In this document: positions 38,359 through 48,947 of the stretch, in pieces
Layout: each line of letters begins with the position of its first letter
How positions within the stretch are numbered: the stretch's first letter is position 1
Origin: an uncultured Solirubrobacterales bacterium
Lineage (GTDB): Bacteria; Actinomycetota; Thermoleophilia; Solirubrobacterales; Solirubrobacteraceae
Length of the DNA: 64,000 nucleotides
Reading direction: 5' to 3'
Assembly (NCBI GenBank): GCA_963713015.1
Contig: CAVQKC010000008.1
Coordinates: 819,666 to 883,665, forward strand
The notes under the pieces: generated by a model
Database searches by the model: none
What the model saw: the letters and a program-made list of their open reading frames with translations, nothing else
What the model was told of the DNA's origin: nothing
Translations under genes and position numbers: made by a program

Positions 38359-40797
38359 ATGAGCGCGACTAAGCAGAGCATCGGGAGGCTGGGCGACTAC
38401 CGTCGCAAGCGCAAGTTCGACCGGACGCCTGAGCCAGAGGCGGACGGCACGCAGGGCGTTGGGGGGCGGTTTGTGGTTCACGAGCATCATGCCCGTCGGC
38501 TTCATTGGGATTTGCGACTGGAGCATGATGGTGCGCTCGCGTCGTGGGCGATCCCCAACGGTATCCCCGAGGACCCAAAGCACAATCGCAAGGCTGTGCA
38601 TGTGGAGGATCACCCGCTCAGCTACATCGATTTTCAGGGAACGATCCCCGCAGGTAACTATGGCGCCGGGCAGGTCACGATTTGGGATGAGGGCACTTAT
38701 GAGTGCGAGAAGTGGGAGCCGGGCAAGGTCGTCGTCGTCTTCCACGGCCAACAGCTTCAAGGCCGTTACGCATTGTTTCGCGCGGGCAAGGCGGAGAAGG
38801 ACTGGATGATCCATCGCATGGACGCGCCTGTGGATCCGACCGCGGAGGAGATGCCGCAGTTCATCGCACCGATGCTCGCGAGGCTCTCGACGCTACCTGC
38901 GGATGAGTCCGAGTGGGCGTTTGAGATCAAGTGGGATGGCGTCCGGGCGATCACGCGCTCTGCGCCTGGGCGTATCAGCTTCATCAGCCGCAACGGCAAC
39001 GATGTCACCGCCGCCTACCCGGAGCTGCGGGCGCTGAACCGCGCGCTCGGATCTCACGAGGCGATACTTGACGGAGAGATAGTCGCTTTTGACGAGCAGG
39101 GCCGTCCTAGCTTTCAAGCGTTGCAGTCGCGGATGCACCTGCGCGGCGATTCGGCCGTTCGTCGTCTCGCGCAGACGACGCCCGTGACCTACATGGTGTT
39201 CGATCTCTTGTGGATTGACGGTCACAGCCTCACCGGTCTCCCGTATACCGAGCGTCGCGGGCGGCTAGGGGAACTGAACCTCGATGACGAATGCTGGCGT
39301 ACGCCTGAGTACCACGCGGGGGATGGGGCGTCGTTCCTTGAGGTGAGCAAGCAGCAGGGTCTCGAGGGGGTCGTCGCTAAGCGCTTGGATTCCACATACA
39401 CCCCCGGTGGACGCGGCGGGAGTTGGTTGAAGATCAAGAACGTTCAGCGCCAGGAGCTAGTGATCGGCGGGTGGACTGAGGGGAAGGGCTCCCGCTCACA
39501 GCGCATCGGCGCGCTGCACCTAGGTGTCTACGAGAACGGCACGCTTCGCTATGCGGGCAAGCTCGGCACGGGCTTCGACGCGCAGGAGCTCCAACGCCTC
39601 GCGGACATGCTGAAGCCGTTGACCCGCAAGGATTCGCCGTTCACAGGGCGGCAGCCACCGAAGGACGCGCATTTCGTGCAGCCACAGCTGGTGTGTGAGG
39701 TCGAGTTCACAGAGTGGACTCGTGCGGGCACTCTCAGACATCCCTCCTATAAGGGGCTGCGGGAGGACAAGCCCGCCAGCGAGGTCGTGCGCGAGCGCCC
39801 AGTTGCCGCAAGTGAGATTCCCGTCGCGTCGTCTGCACAGATCGAGGGCGCACACGCGCTGGCAAAGAGCGGGCGGCGCGTGCGCGGCGGTGTAGAGGTC
39901 GAGATCGAGGGTCACACGTTGAAGCTGACGAACCTCAACAAGGTGCTCTATCCGAGCAACGGTTTCACTAAGGCCGACCTGATCGACTATTACGCGCAGA
40001 TCGCGCCGGTGTTGCTGGCACACCTGCGCGATCGTCCGCTGACGCTCAAGCGCTATCCGGACGGTGTGCAGGGCGAGTATTTCTATGAGAAGCAGTCACC
40101 GAAGCATCGACCCGAGTGGGTAGAGACGACCGCGATCTGGAGCGAGCACAGCAAACGCGAGATCCACTACACCCTCTGCCAGAACCTACCGACGCTCGTT
40201 TGGCTGGCGAACCTCGCCGATATCGAGCTACACCCCTCGCTGTCGCTCGCGGGCGAGCCCGAGCGTCCCACGACACTCGCGTTCGATCTAGATCCAGGAG
40301 CGCCGGCGAGTATCGTCGAGTGCTGCGAGGTCGCGCTGGAGCTGCACGAGATGTTCAACCAGCTCGGCCTATCTTCGTTCGCGAAGACATCCGGGTCGAA
40401 GGGACTGCAGGTATATGTGCCGCTGAACGACCCTGGCATCACCTACGAGCAGACCAAGCCTTTTGCGCACGCCGTCGCCGGCATGTTTCAGCAGCGCCGT
40501 CCCGACCTGGTGGTGTCGGAGATGAAGAAGGCCAAGCGCAGCGGGAAGGTTCTGATGGACTGGAGCCAGAACGATCCGCACAAGACGACTGTTTCGGTCT
40601 ACTCGCTGCGCGCGAAGGAGCAGCCAACCGTCTCCGCGCCGGTCGATTGGGAAGAGGCCGAGGCGTGTCGTGAGTCAAAGGATCCGGGACGGCTGGTGTT
40701 CGACGCCGGTGCGGTTCTCGCGCGTGTGGCGGAGCGTGGCGACCTTTTCACCGAGGTCGGCTTGTTGCATCAGCAGTTGCCTGAGCTGGAGGGCTGA
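38359..40797 (+). CDS. ligD: NHEJ DNA ligase D (PE-LIG-POL)
   Basis: HWDLRLE, EDHP; EIKWDG, EGVVAK; KTSGSKGLQ, DWSQN. Confidence 0.96.
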   Translation: MSATKQSIGRLGDYRRKRKFDRTPEPEADGTQGVGGRFVVHEHHARRLHWDLRLEHDGALASWAIPNGIPEDPKHNRKAVHVEDHPLSYIDFQGTIPAGNYGAGQVTIWDEGTYECEKWEPGKVVVVFHGQQLQGRYALFRAGKAEKDWMIHRMDAPVDPTAEEMPQFIAPMLARLSTLPADESEWAFEIKWDGVRAITRSAPGRISFISRNGNDVTAAYPELRALNRALGSHEAILDGEIVAFDEQGRPSFQALQSRMHLRGDSAVRRLAQTTPVTYMVFDLLWIDGHSLTGLPYTERRGRLGELNLDDECWRTPEYHAGDGASFLEVSKQQGLEGVVAKRLDSTYTPGGRGGSWLKIKNVQRQELVIGGWTEGKGSRSQRIGALHLGVYENGTLRYAGKLGTGFDAQELQRLADMLKPLTRKDSPFTGRQPPKDAHFVQPQLVCEVEFTEWTRAGTLRHPSYKGLREDKPASEVVRERPVAASEIPVASSAQIEGAHALAKSGRRVRGGVEVEIEGHTLKLTNLNKVLYPSNGFTKADLIDYYAQIAPVLLAHLRDRPLTLKRYPDGVQGEYFYEKQSPKHRPEWVETTAIWSEHSKREIHYTLCQNLPTLVWLANLADIELHPSLSLAGEPERPTTLAFDLDPGAPASIVECCEVALELHEMFNQLGLSSFAKTSGSKGLQVYVPLNDPGITYEQTKPFAHAVAGMFQQRRPDLVVSEMKKAKRSGKVLMDWSQNDPHKTTVSVYSLRAKEQPTVSAPVDWEEAEACRESKDPGRLVFDAGAVLARVAERGDLFTEVGLLHQQLPELEG

Positions 40798-40799
40798 CC

Positions 40800-41660
40800 G
40801 TGGCGGCTCGCTCGCTCTGGAATGGGACAATCGCGTTTGGCGAGGTCAGCGTCGCGATCAAGCTGTTCTCCGCCGTGCAGGATCACAGCGTCCACTTTCA
40901 TGAGGTGCGTCTCAGCGATGGCTGTCGGATCGTTCACCGGCGTGTCGGTAGCGAGTCAGGACGTGAGGTTCCCGCTGAGCGGATCGGGAAGGCGTATGAG
41001 ACAAGCCGAGGTCATCAGGTAGTGCTCGAGGACGAGGAGATCTCCGCCGCGCGTGGGTCGCGGCCGAAGGTGATCGAGCTCGAACACTTCATCGAGGCCG
41101 TCGAGATCGACCCGATCTATTACGACCACCCTTACATCGTCGGCGCGCAAGAGGGCGGCGAGCGTGGGTATCGCGTGCTGCACGGTGCGCTGAAGCGCAG
41201 CGGCAAGGTGGGGATCGGACGTTTCGTGATGCGGACCCGTGAGCAGCTCGTCGCGCTCGCGCCGCGCGGAAAGGCGCTGGTTCTCTACACGATGCGCTTC
41301 GCCGACGAGGTTCTCGATCACAAGGATCTCAATGTGCCCGGGTTGCGACGCGAACCCTCCAGCAAGGAGGTCAAGATGGCTGAGCGGCTGATCGACACAC
41401 TAACCGAGACCTGGCGGGCGGCCGGCCATAAAGACCGCTACCGGGCAGACGTCATGGCGCTGCTCGAGCAAAAGGCCAAAGGCGAGGAGATCAAGGCCTC
41501 CAAGCACAAGCCAGCCACGCCGCCCGATGATCTGCTCGCCGCGCTCCAGCAGAGCCTGGGCGGCAACACAGGCAGAAAGACTAAAGCGAAGCCGAAGCGA
41601 CGCACGCCCCCGAGGAAGGCCAGCAGTAGAAAGGCCAAGGCCAAGGCGGGATCGCACTGA
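40800..41660 (+). CDS. ku: Ku protein with basic C-terminal tail
   Basis: ARSLWNGTIAFG, IDPIYY, FADE, DLLAALQQS, K/R-rich tail. Confidence 0.93.
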   Translation: MAARSLWNGTIAFGEVSVAIKLFSAVQDHSVHFHEVRLSDGCRIVHRRVGSESGREVPAERIGKAYETSRGHQVVLEDEEISAARGSRPKVIELEHFIEAVEIDPIYYDHPYIVGAQEGGERGYRVLHGALKRSGKVGIGRFVMRTREQLVALAPRGKALVLYTMRFADEVLDHKDLNVPGLRREPSSKEVKMAERLIDTLTETWRAAGHKDRYRADVMALLEQKAKGEEIKASKHKPATPPDDLLAALQQSLGGNTGRKTKAKPKRRTPPRKASSRKAKAKAGSH

Positions 41661-42450
41661 TGGCCCGCGGGCTCTGGTCAGGCACTCTCAGCTTCGGCTT
41701 GGTCGCCGTGCCGGTGCGAATGGTCAGCGCCGTGCGCGACCGCGATGTCCACTTCCACGAGATCGACCAGAAAACCGGGGAGCGGATCGAAATCCGTCGC
41801 ACTTGCGAGAAAGGCAAAACGGAGGTGCCTTGGGAGCAGATCGGCCGCGGCTACGACCTCGACGGCAAGCAGGTCGTCCTCTCCGACGAAGAACTCACAG
41901 CAGCGGCACCCGAGCGGACCCGCACGATCGAGGTCGAAGAATTCGTGGATCTCGACGCGATCGACCCCGCGCACTTCAACCATCCCTACTTTCTGCTGCC
42001 GGACTCTGGTTCGGAGGGAGTGATCCGCGCATACAGGCTGCTGCGCGATGCGATCGCGAACACCGGACAGGTCGCTATCGGCCGTGTCGTGCTGCGCTCA
42101 AAGGAGTACCTAGTCGCTGTCCGTGAGCGCGACGAGCTGTTGTCGCTGACGACAATGCTGTTCGCTGACGAGATCCGCACCCGAAAGATATCGTCGATGT
42201 CCCCACGGGACGCGCCGGCACGCCAGGGCGCGGCGAGGTCGCCCAGGCTGTGAAGGTGATCGACGCGATGACCCGCACCTTCAATCCTGAACGCTATGAG
42301 GACTGTCACCGCAAGCGTCTGATGAAAATCATCCAGACCAAGCGCAAAACGGGAGAGGTCGAAATCCCCGAAGTCGAACCCCAACCCGACGCCGTTCCCG
42401 ACCTGATGGCAGCCCTCGAGGAAAGTCTCGCCCGCGTAAAGCACAAGTAG
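41660..42450 (+). CDS. ku: Second Ku protein, frameshift near 42179
   Basis: ARGLWSGTLSFGLV, FADEIR; downstream frame gives FNPERYED, DLMAALEES. Confidence 0.88.
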
Positions 42451-42607
42451 CTGGCCGCCCGACCAGGAACAGGCCTTGGGAGGAGAAGTCGCCCCGCGCA
42501 GGGGGCGTACTCGCGGGCTTCGCCAACGCGCCTCGTCAGGCTACGTCCTACCGCACGAGCCGGCGAGCTCAGAGCGACGACGACCGCAGCGCATAGCCTT
42601 CCGGGGA

Positions 42608-43405
42608 ATGCTGATAGTCAGCTGGAACGTCGCCGGGCGCGTCAAGCGCCTCCAAGAGCAGGCCGAGGCGCTTCTCTCTCTCCAAGCGGATGTCCTCTGC
42701 CTGCAGGAGGCGACTCCCAGCACCTTGCCGCTGTGGCAATCATTCCTGCACGAGGCCGGATACGTCGGCATCGCGCACGGCGAACCGCCGTCGCGGGGAC
42801 GCAGCAGGCCGCTCATCGTGATGACCGCATCGCGGGTGCCACTGCACGCCGTCATGGTCGACGCCGTCCCCTGGTCTGAGCGCGTAGTAGCTGTGCATCT
42901 AAGCGATGGCACGGAAGTGCTCAATGTTCACTCGCCGATCAGCCCCAAGCCTGACTTCGCGAAGATCCGAACACACGAGGCGGTCTACCGCCACCTTGCC
43001 GAGGAGCCCGCCGGCTACGCGCGCATCCTTTGCGGCGACTTGAACACCCCGCGGAAGGAGCACTCGGATGGCAGCGTGTGGACATTCGCTCGCGATCAGT
43101 ACGGCCGGCTGCGACCCGATCGCGGCGAGCGCTGGGATGAGGCGGAGCTCGCACTCATCCGCTGCCTGGAGCCATACGGCTTCCGCGACGCCTACCGTCT
43201 CACCCACGGTCACGCGGTGCGCGAGCTGAGCTGGGAATGGCCCCGCTGGAAAGGCGGTTACCGCCTTGACCACCTCATCGTCTCAGGCTGCGTCTCCGTG
43301 CAGGACTGCCGCTACGAGCATCGATGGCGCAACGACGGGCTATCCGACCACTCCGCGCTCATCGCACGACTGCAGGTGCCAAGCGTCGGGCTGAGCACTG
43401 CATGA
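42608..43405 (+). CDS. Endonuclease/exonuclease/phosphatase (ExoIII-like)
   Basis: SWNV, CLQE, GDLN, RLDH, SDH. Confidence 0.88.
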   Translation: MLIVSWNVAGRVKRLQEQAEALLSLQADVLCLQEATPSTLPLWQSFLHEAGYVGIAHGEPPSRGRSRPLIVMTASRVPLHAVMVDAVPWSERVVAVHLSDGTEVLNVHSPISPKPDFAKIRTHEAVYRHLAEEPAGYARILCGDLNTPRKEHSDGSVWTFARDQYGRLRPDRGERWDEAELALIRCLEPYGFRDAYRLTHGHAVRELSWEWPRWKGGYRLDHLIVSGCVSVQDCRYEHRWRNDGLSDHSALIARLQVPSVGLSTA

Positions 43406-43499
43406 CAGAGCGGTCTATGCCCCCGAGATATGCCGACGTGGGAAGTGCCTACCCTCGCACACCCGCGCGTAGATATCGCTAAGGAGGTGAAGTTTGCTT

Positions 43500-44000
43500 T
43501 CCGGCCTTGGCGCGTTCGGTCTCGTCGTCCTCGGCGTCGCTCACGGGCGGTTTTGAACGTGTCCAGCATCGGCGCAGTCACTTCCTTGATCGTGCTCGCC
43601 TGTACGGTCGCGTCAACATCGTCGGCTAGTTCTTCGTCCTCGCTCTAACCGATCGAGTCGAGTAGGTCGCAGAGGGCGTTCAGCCGCCGGCTACACTCCC
43701 GGAGATCGAGTCCGGTGCTGTTGATCGCTTCCGCGACCATAGGGATGGCTTCGTGAGCGCACTTGCGGACCAACGGTGCTGCTGCGCTGGGGATCATCGC
43801 GGTCGTCGGGCACCCCAGGGAGGCCCGCGAGAAACCGCTCGACGGGTGACGGCACGGTGGCCGCGCGCTCACGGCCCTCCGCCGATTCTACTCGCGCCTG
43901 GTCTACTGGCCCACCCGTAAAGATCGGCATCGATCTCCAGCCCGCGATCCTCGCCACGTCGAGCGCGATCGTCACCGACTGCTGCTCGTCGGGAGCATCC
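43500..44000 (-). pseudogene. Degraded hypothetical gene adjacent to the tRNA 3' end
   Basis: Protein-like stretches in several frames interrupted by stops. Confidence 0.3.
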
Positions 44001-44041
44001 CACCCGAGCACGTCAAGCTCGCCGAAACCCGGCGTTTGCGA

Positions 44042-44114
44042 TGGCGAGAGGCGGACTTGAACCGCCGACACCTCGATTTTCAGTCGAGTGCTCTACCAGC
44101 TGAGCTATCTCGCC
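44042..44114 (-). tRNA. tRNA-Phe(GAA), CCA not encoded
   Basis: GGCGAGA/TCTCGCC acceptor stem, D-arm AGCTGGTA, CTGAAAA anticodon loop, GTTCAAG T-loop. Confidence 0.96.
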
Positions 44115-44232
44115 GCAGCCCACGATCCTAGCGCCTCCGGCCCTGTCGGGGATGTGCGCGACGGGGGTTATGGGTGGCTCGCTTTACGCGCCGTGTGCAC
44201 CACAGAGCAGTGCTCGGACGGTTCGATGTCAA

Positions 44233-44514
44233 CTACATTCTGTCCCTCCGGAAAGGCCTATTCGGCGCGAGAGTAATACAGCGGCCATCCCGGCAGCGAA
44301 CGATCCGTTTTAGGATCAGCGCGCCCTTGTCAACAAAGAATTTTCCCGACGCGCAGTCCGGCTTGCAATCGTTCTCATGGATCGTCGCTGAGGCGTCTGC
44401 CTTCGGTGACCCATAGACTTCCGAGGTCCCTTTGAAGAAATGCACTTCGCTGGCGTAGAGGTTCTCGTCGCCGCAGGCGAGAGCGATATTCGCCGGACGG
44501 AAGGTCCGCATCAA
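44233..44514 (-). pseudogene. Fragment of a Cys-rich secreted-type actinobacterial protein
   Basis: RPxxIxLACGD, NDCxPxCAxG; no signal peptide. Confidence 0.45.
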
Positions 44515-44768
44515 GATCCTCCTTCGGTTGTATGGACGAGTGCAGTACGATTGAGCGCCAGAACGTCAGCTGAAGCGTCCCTATCATGCGCTTTATCCAA
44601 GCCGGTCGGTAGGTGGACATCCACAACATCGGGCCCCACCAACGCGTCAATCGCCGCAGGCCCCATGGCGTAGTCCGCCACTACGCGCACCTGGTCGGCC
44701 CAGACGGACTTGCCGCCACGCGCGTGTCGCTCGAGCGCGACAAGCGCGAGCGTTTGCGCAGGTTGACA

Positions 44769-45866
44769 ATGGCGCTCGGCGATAAAGCTTGGGGCGCGCG
44801 TAAGCGACCCAGGATGCGCGCCCTCACGGCTGGACCCGGCGGCAGGTTGAGCTGGCGTGATGTGCCCGCGCCGCTGCCGCCCGGGCCACTCGGTGCGATC
44901 GTGCACCCGATCGCCGCCTCCACGTGTGACATGGACTGTCCCTTGTTGTTGGGCGCCACACAGATGCCATTGCCGCTACACCCCGGGCACGAATGCGTCG
45001 CTGAGGTCCTCAGCGTCGGGGAGCAGGTGATGGCGGTAGCCCCCGGTGACCGTGTGATCGTCCCATTTCAAATCAACTGTGGCCACTGTCTCCCGTGCCT
45101 AGCCGGATATACCGCCAACTGCGCGAGCGTCCCACCGATCTCCATGTATGGCTTCGGGTTCGCCGGCGGCCATTGGGGCGGCGCGTTCGCCGATGAGCTT
45201 GCCGTGCCCTACGCCGATGCCATGCTTGTGGCGCTCCCCGAGGGGATCGATCCCGCCGCCGCCGCGAGCGTCGCCGACAACGTGTGCGACGCCTACCGAC
45301 ACATCGGACCTCACCTTCCGGGCATGCTTGCCAATGATCCTGGCGCAAGAGTGCTGATCCTTGGGGCGTTGGACAGGCGCTCTCTATTTACAGCCAGCTG
45401 TCCGCTCTACACGGGACTCATCGCTCGTGCCATGGGTGCCCGAACGGTCTGTTTCGCCGATGCCCGCCCCTATGTACGCGCACACGCACAGCGCCTTGGC
45501 ATGGAGGCCGTGCGCCCGGGCGAGCTGCGCAAAATGGCTCCGTTTGCCCTCGTCGCCGACATAAGCACCGATGGGCTCGCCACCGCACTTGAATGCACCG
45601 CTGCCGACGGCGTGTGCTCGAGCTCAGGCGGACTGCACCGCAGTGCCCGCATCCCGTTCGTGGGTAGCTATATCCGTAACGTCACCCTTCATGTCGGCCG
45701 CGCACATGCACGCGCTCTGATGCCAGCGGTGCTCGAGCTGATGAGCGATGGCAACTTGCGCCCCGAGACGGTCACCACAACCGTGGCCGCTCTTGACGAC
45801 GCTCCCCAGGTCCTGCGCAACCACCTGCTCGACGGTCTCAGCGTCAAGACCGTGCTCGTCGCGTAA
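44769..45866 (+). CDS. Zn-dependent alcohol dehydrogenase (start uncertain)
   Basis: TCDMD, GHE, CGHCLPC..C. Confidence 0.85.
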   Translation: MALGDKAWGARKRPRMRALTAGPGGRLSWRDVPAPLPPGPLGAIVHPIAASTCDMDCPLLLGATQMPLPLHPGHECVAEVLSVGEQVMAVAPGDRVIVPFQINCGHCLPCLAGYTANCASVPPISMYGFGFAGGHWGGAFADELAVPYADAMLVALPEGIDPAAAASVADNVCDAYRHIGPHLPGMLANDPGARVLILGALDRRSLFTASCPLYTGLIARAMGARTVCFADARPYVRAHAQRLGMEAVRPGELRKMAPFALVADISTDGLATALECTAADGVCSSSGGLHRSARIPFVGSYIRNVTLHVGRAHARALMPAVLELMSDGNLRPETVTTTVAALDDAPQVLRNHLLDGLSVKTVLVA

Positions 45867-45912
45867 ACCACCTGCTCGACCGCCGCAGCGTCAAGACAGT
45901 GCTCGTCGCTTA
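45819..45912. repeat. 47-bp imperfect tandem duplication of the ADH 3' end
   Basis: aaccacctgctcgac...cagcgtcaagac.gtgctcgtcgc twice. Confidence 0.9.
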
Positions 45913-46152
45913 GGAGGAGCTCCTCAGCGCGGCCCGCAACGTGTCGAGAGCGCTGTCGATCGCCGACACGTCGCGCCCGCCGCCGACAGCGAGGCGGCGG
46001 TCCTTGCCCCCACCACCGCCGCCAACGAGCTTTGCGACGGTGCGTACGACGGTGGGGGCGTCCCCCGAATCGCCGTCGAGGGACACGGCGATCGCCACCG
46101 CGTCGCCGTCGGGCGAGCCGATCAACCCCGCTGAGTCGATGCCCGCGCGCCC
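45910..46152 (-). repeat. Second copy of the alaS 3' end (direct repeat with 48948-49189)
   Basis: About 180 bp near-identical plus about 50 bp conservatively diverged. Confidence 0.93.
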
Positions 46153-46443
46153 GGCAAGGTGGCTCTAGTGGCTCCCGACGACTGAGCTTGCCGAGCCCAA
46201 TGCGCGTCAAGATTCCTGAGACCATCGAGAGCGCCGTCGCGATCTGCCCCATCGCGATCTGCCTCCGGTCAGGCGGACCCGCGCAGAGCAGCGATCGCTG
46301 CCACGCGATCCTCCAGTGTGCTCGTCGGGTTGACGGGCAGGCAACGAGGAACGATTAGCCCGACCCGCCAGCCCCTCCTCTCGATAACGAGCGGGCCTCC
46401 AAGTAGGCCGGGACGAACAATTTACTTAGGGGCTACATACATC

Positions 46444-46489
46444 TAGCCCTCGACCGGGCCGTGCTCGAGTACGGCCCGGTCGAGGGCTA
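46444..46489. repeat. 46-bp near-perfect palindrome
   Basis: tagccctcgaccgggccgt-gctcgagt-acggcccggtcgagggcta. Confidence 0.9.
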
Positions 46490-46726
46490 TCCCTCTCGAG
46501 CCGGCGATCCGGTGGTGGTCGATTTGTGTATCCTTCTACCAGACGAGTTCCGATAGTTAGAGAGAATGGGCCTTCCACTCATCACGCAGTATCCACAATC
46601 AGTCGCCGCTAAGAGGGGTGTTGCTTGTGTGTGGCCGATTATGGCTACGTGCCTGCGGACAGATTGGAGAGGCTGGGCTACTAAAGCTAAACAAATTCAA
46701 ATGACTAAAGGAAGAATCAATATCTC

Positions 46727-48218
46727 ATGAAAACGCTATGCGTGGTGTCGCTCGCAAAACGTAAACTCACATCGGTGATGCGGCCCCTGACTTCAGTGCT
46801 CGCAACTACGGTATTGGGAATGAGCGTCGGCGTAGTTCTTCCTACGGGTTCCTCGGCACAAGGACCGCTTCAGGAAGTCAATATGGCACTGACTAAGCCC
46901 GTTACCGCTGAAGGGCTTGCGCAGGTCACGGCTCTAACCAAGGCTCTTAATATATCCGAATCGCAAGCCGTACGAGATGTACAGGTTCAGGACGCCGTCG
47001 GCAATCTAAATCTGACGATAGAAGAAACGCTAGGAGCTACATACGCAGGCGTGTGGTTCGATCCATGGCGGGGACGCTTCGAGATTGGTGTGGCGCCTGT
47101 CACAGGGCAGAACCAAAGTAAGATTGAAACATTGATTGCAGAACATGGCGTTCAGGGAGTCACAGATTTTGTATCGGTTCGTTCTACCTATCAAGAGCTA
47201 CTTGCCTCTGAGAACGGCTGGGCCGAGCGAGACGGGAGCTTGCTGCAAAAAGAACAAGCTAGGACGATGATCGACGCGGCGACTAATAGCGTAGTGGTAG
47301 ATATCAGTGACGATGTCCCGGTTAGCGAAGTACAGACGCTGACGCAGGCAGCTACGGCGGATACGGTAAATGTAGTAATAAATAGGGTACCCGCTAGACA
47401 GATAGTTGTTAAACCTCTGTCAACGATCAGCCCATGCAAGTTTAAAGCCAGTCAGGCTGATCTCTGTGAACCACCGCTGGTGGGTGGGGTCCAGATCTTT
47501 AGTACTGGATACGTCGAACATCACGAAACCTATTTCAGTGTATGTACGGCAGGGTTCATGGCAGAATCGACCGAGCCGGCGCAGTATCCAGATCACTATC
47601 TACTTACAGCTGCCCACTGTTTTCTTGGGAATAAAACGGTTGAACAGGCCCCGTGGTATTCGGCTGGCCCGAGTGAAAAAGGCCATGCTGTAGGGTATAT
47701 GAATTATCACTATATTAATATTGGCGGTGATGCCGCCTTTATTAACCTCAACCTAGAAAACAGCTATTGGGAGACCAGCAAAATATGGGGTTGGTATCCT
47801 TACATCTATACGCCCGGACAGCCTTGGGGCAATCATGGTTGGTCAGAAGATTATTCGGTAAACATTGTGGGAACAGACGAGCCGCCAAATGTGCAGTATC
47901 AAACTCCCTGTCACGTCGGTTATGGATCGGGTGTCACGTGCGGGGTTACCGAATACACAAATGTCCAAACATACATCGACTACTCAAAAGATGGGGGTAG
48001 CGATACGCTTGTTGGCAACCTGGTGCAAAATTCGGCTTGTAGTACAGAAGGTGATAGCGGCGGACCGTGGATTTTTAAACAATTACGCAATGGGTCTAGA
48101 TGTTGCTGGAGGCAATAACTGCAACGAAGGTGGCGGAGCAAGCTTGTTCGATGATCTGCATGCTACCGATCACATCCTTGGTATGCGCGTGGTAGGATTT
48201 GAAGGAACAGTCGAATGA
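46727..48218 (+). CDS. Secreted S1 serine protease with pro-domain (alpha-lytic/streptogrisin-like), frameshift near 48077
   Basis: Signal peptide, YAGVWFD pro-region, CTAGF, TAAHC, GDAA, GDSGGP. Confidence 0.88.
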
Positions 48219-48236
48219 TTCGAATGAGAGGTTGAG

Positions 48237-48878
48237 ATGTCGGTAATCAAGCGCTATCTACGAGGCCCAATCGGCTCTGCCTTCATAGCCACAGGGTTGA
48301 TTGTGATGCTTAGCGGGGCGGCTTACGCGTCGGGTCGAAGCGGCCATCTGTCAATGGGTAGGGTGGCGCCGAATCGACGCGCAACAGATAGGCGACAGCT
48401 TGGTACCAGATCACGTGTTACCTCGACGTTACCCACCTATGCGAGAGCATACGGATATGTGGTAGGGCGTGAGATTCCGAAAGCGTTGGATACAGTTAGG
48501 TGTGCCCATTCCAAAAAGGGGCTCGCGAATTGCAAGCGGGGGTCGGAACGGCCCTCGGACTATAACGTCGTCGTGAGGTCGCCGGTCCCAGGTAGTGAAA
48601 AGGGTATCTACTGCCTCCAGGCTGGGCACGGAGTTTCGCCTGCGGCAAACACAGTCGTGATTGTGAGTGCTGCTGGTTCGATATCTTCAACTCCAGCGAG
48701 TCAAAATGGGTCGACCTATTTTGGTCTCAAAGGTATGCCTTACGCTGCGTGGATACCCGGGGGATTGAGCTGTGCCAGTAGTCAATTCGAGATTCAGACT
48801 GATGAATTGACTTCAAGCGCGAGCGGTATCCTGGCTGGTCCGTCGGAATTTGTGAGCTTTAGCTTTGTGATTCCTTGA
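48237..48878 (+). CDS. Hypothetical secreted protein
   Basis: GAGG RBS, AAYA signal cleavage, GIYCL. Confidence 0.65.
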   Translation: MSVIKRYLRGPIGSAFIATGLIVMLSGAAYASGRSGHLSMGRVAPNRRATDRRQLGTRSRVTSTLPTYARAYGYVVGREIPKALDTVRCAHSKKGLANCKRGSERPSDYNVVVRSPVPGSEKGIYCLQAGHGVSPAANTVVIVSAAGSISSTPASQNGSTYFGLKGMPYAAWIPGGLSCASSQFEIQTDELTSSASGILAGPSEFVSFSFVIP

Positions 48879-48947
48879 TCCGTCAAATTACGGGGGTGTT
48901 TGTGCGCTCACTAAATGGGCTTTGCGCAACTGGTGACCTCTGAGCGT

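Larger units (their letters stand above)
46153..48947. mobile_element. Low-GC genomic islet bounded by alaS 3' repeats, no integrase
   Basis: Visibly AT-richer composition, flanking direct repeat. Confidence 0.7.
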
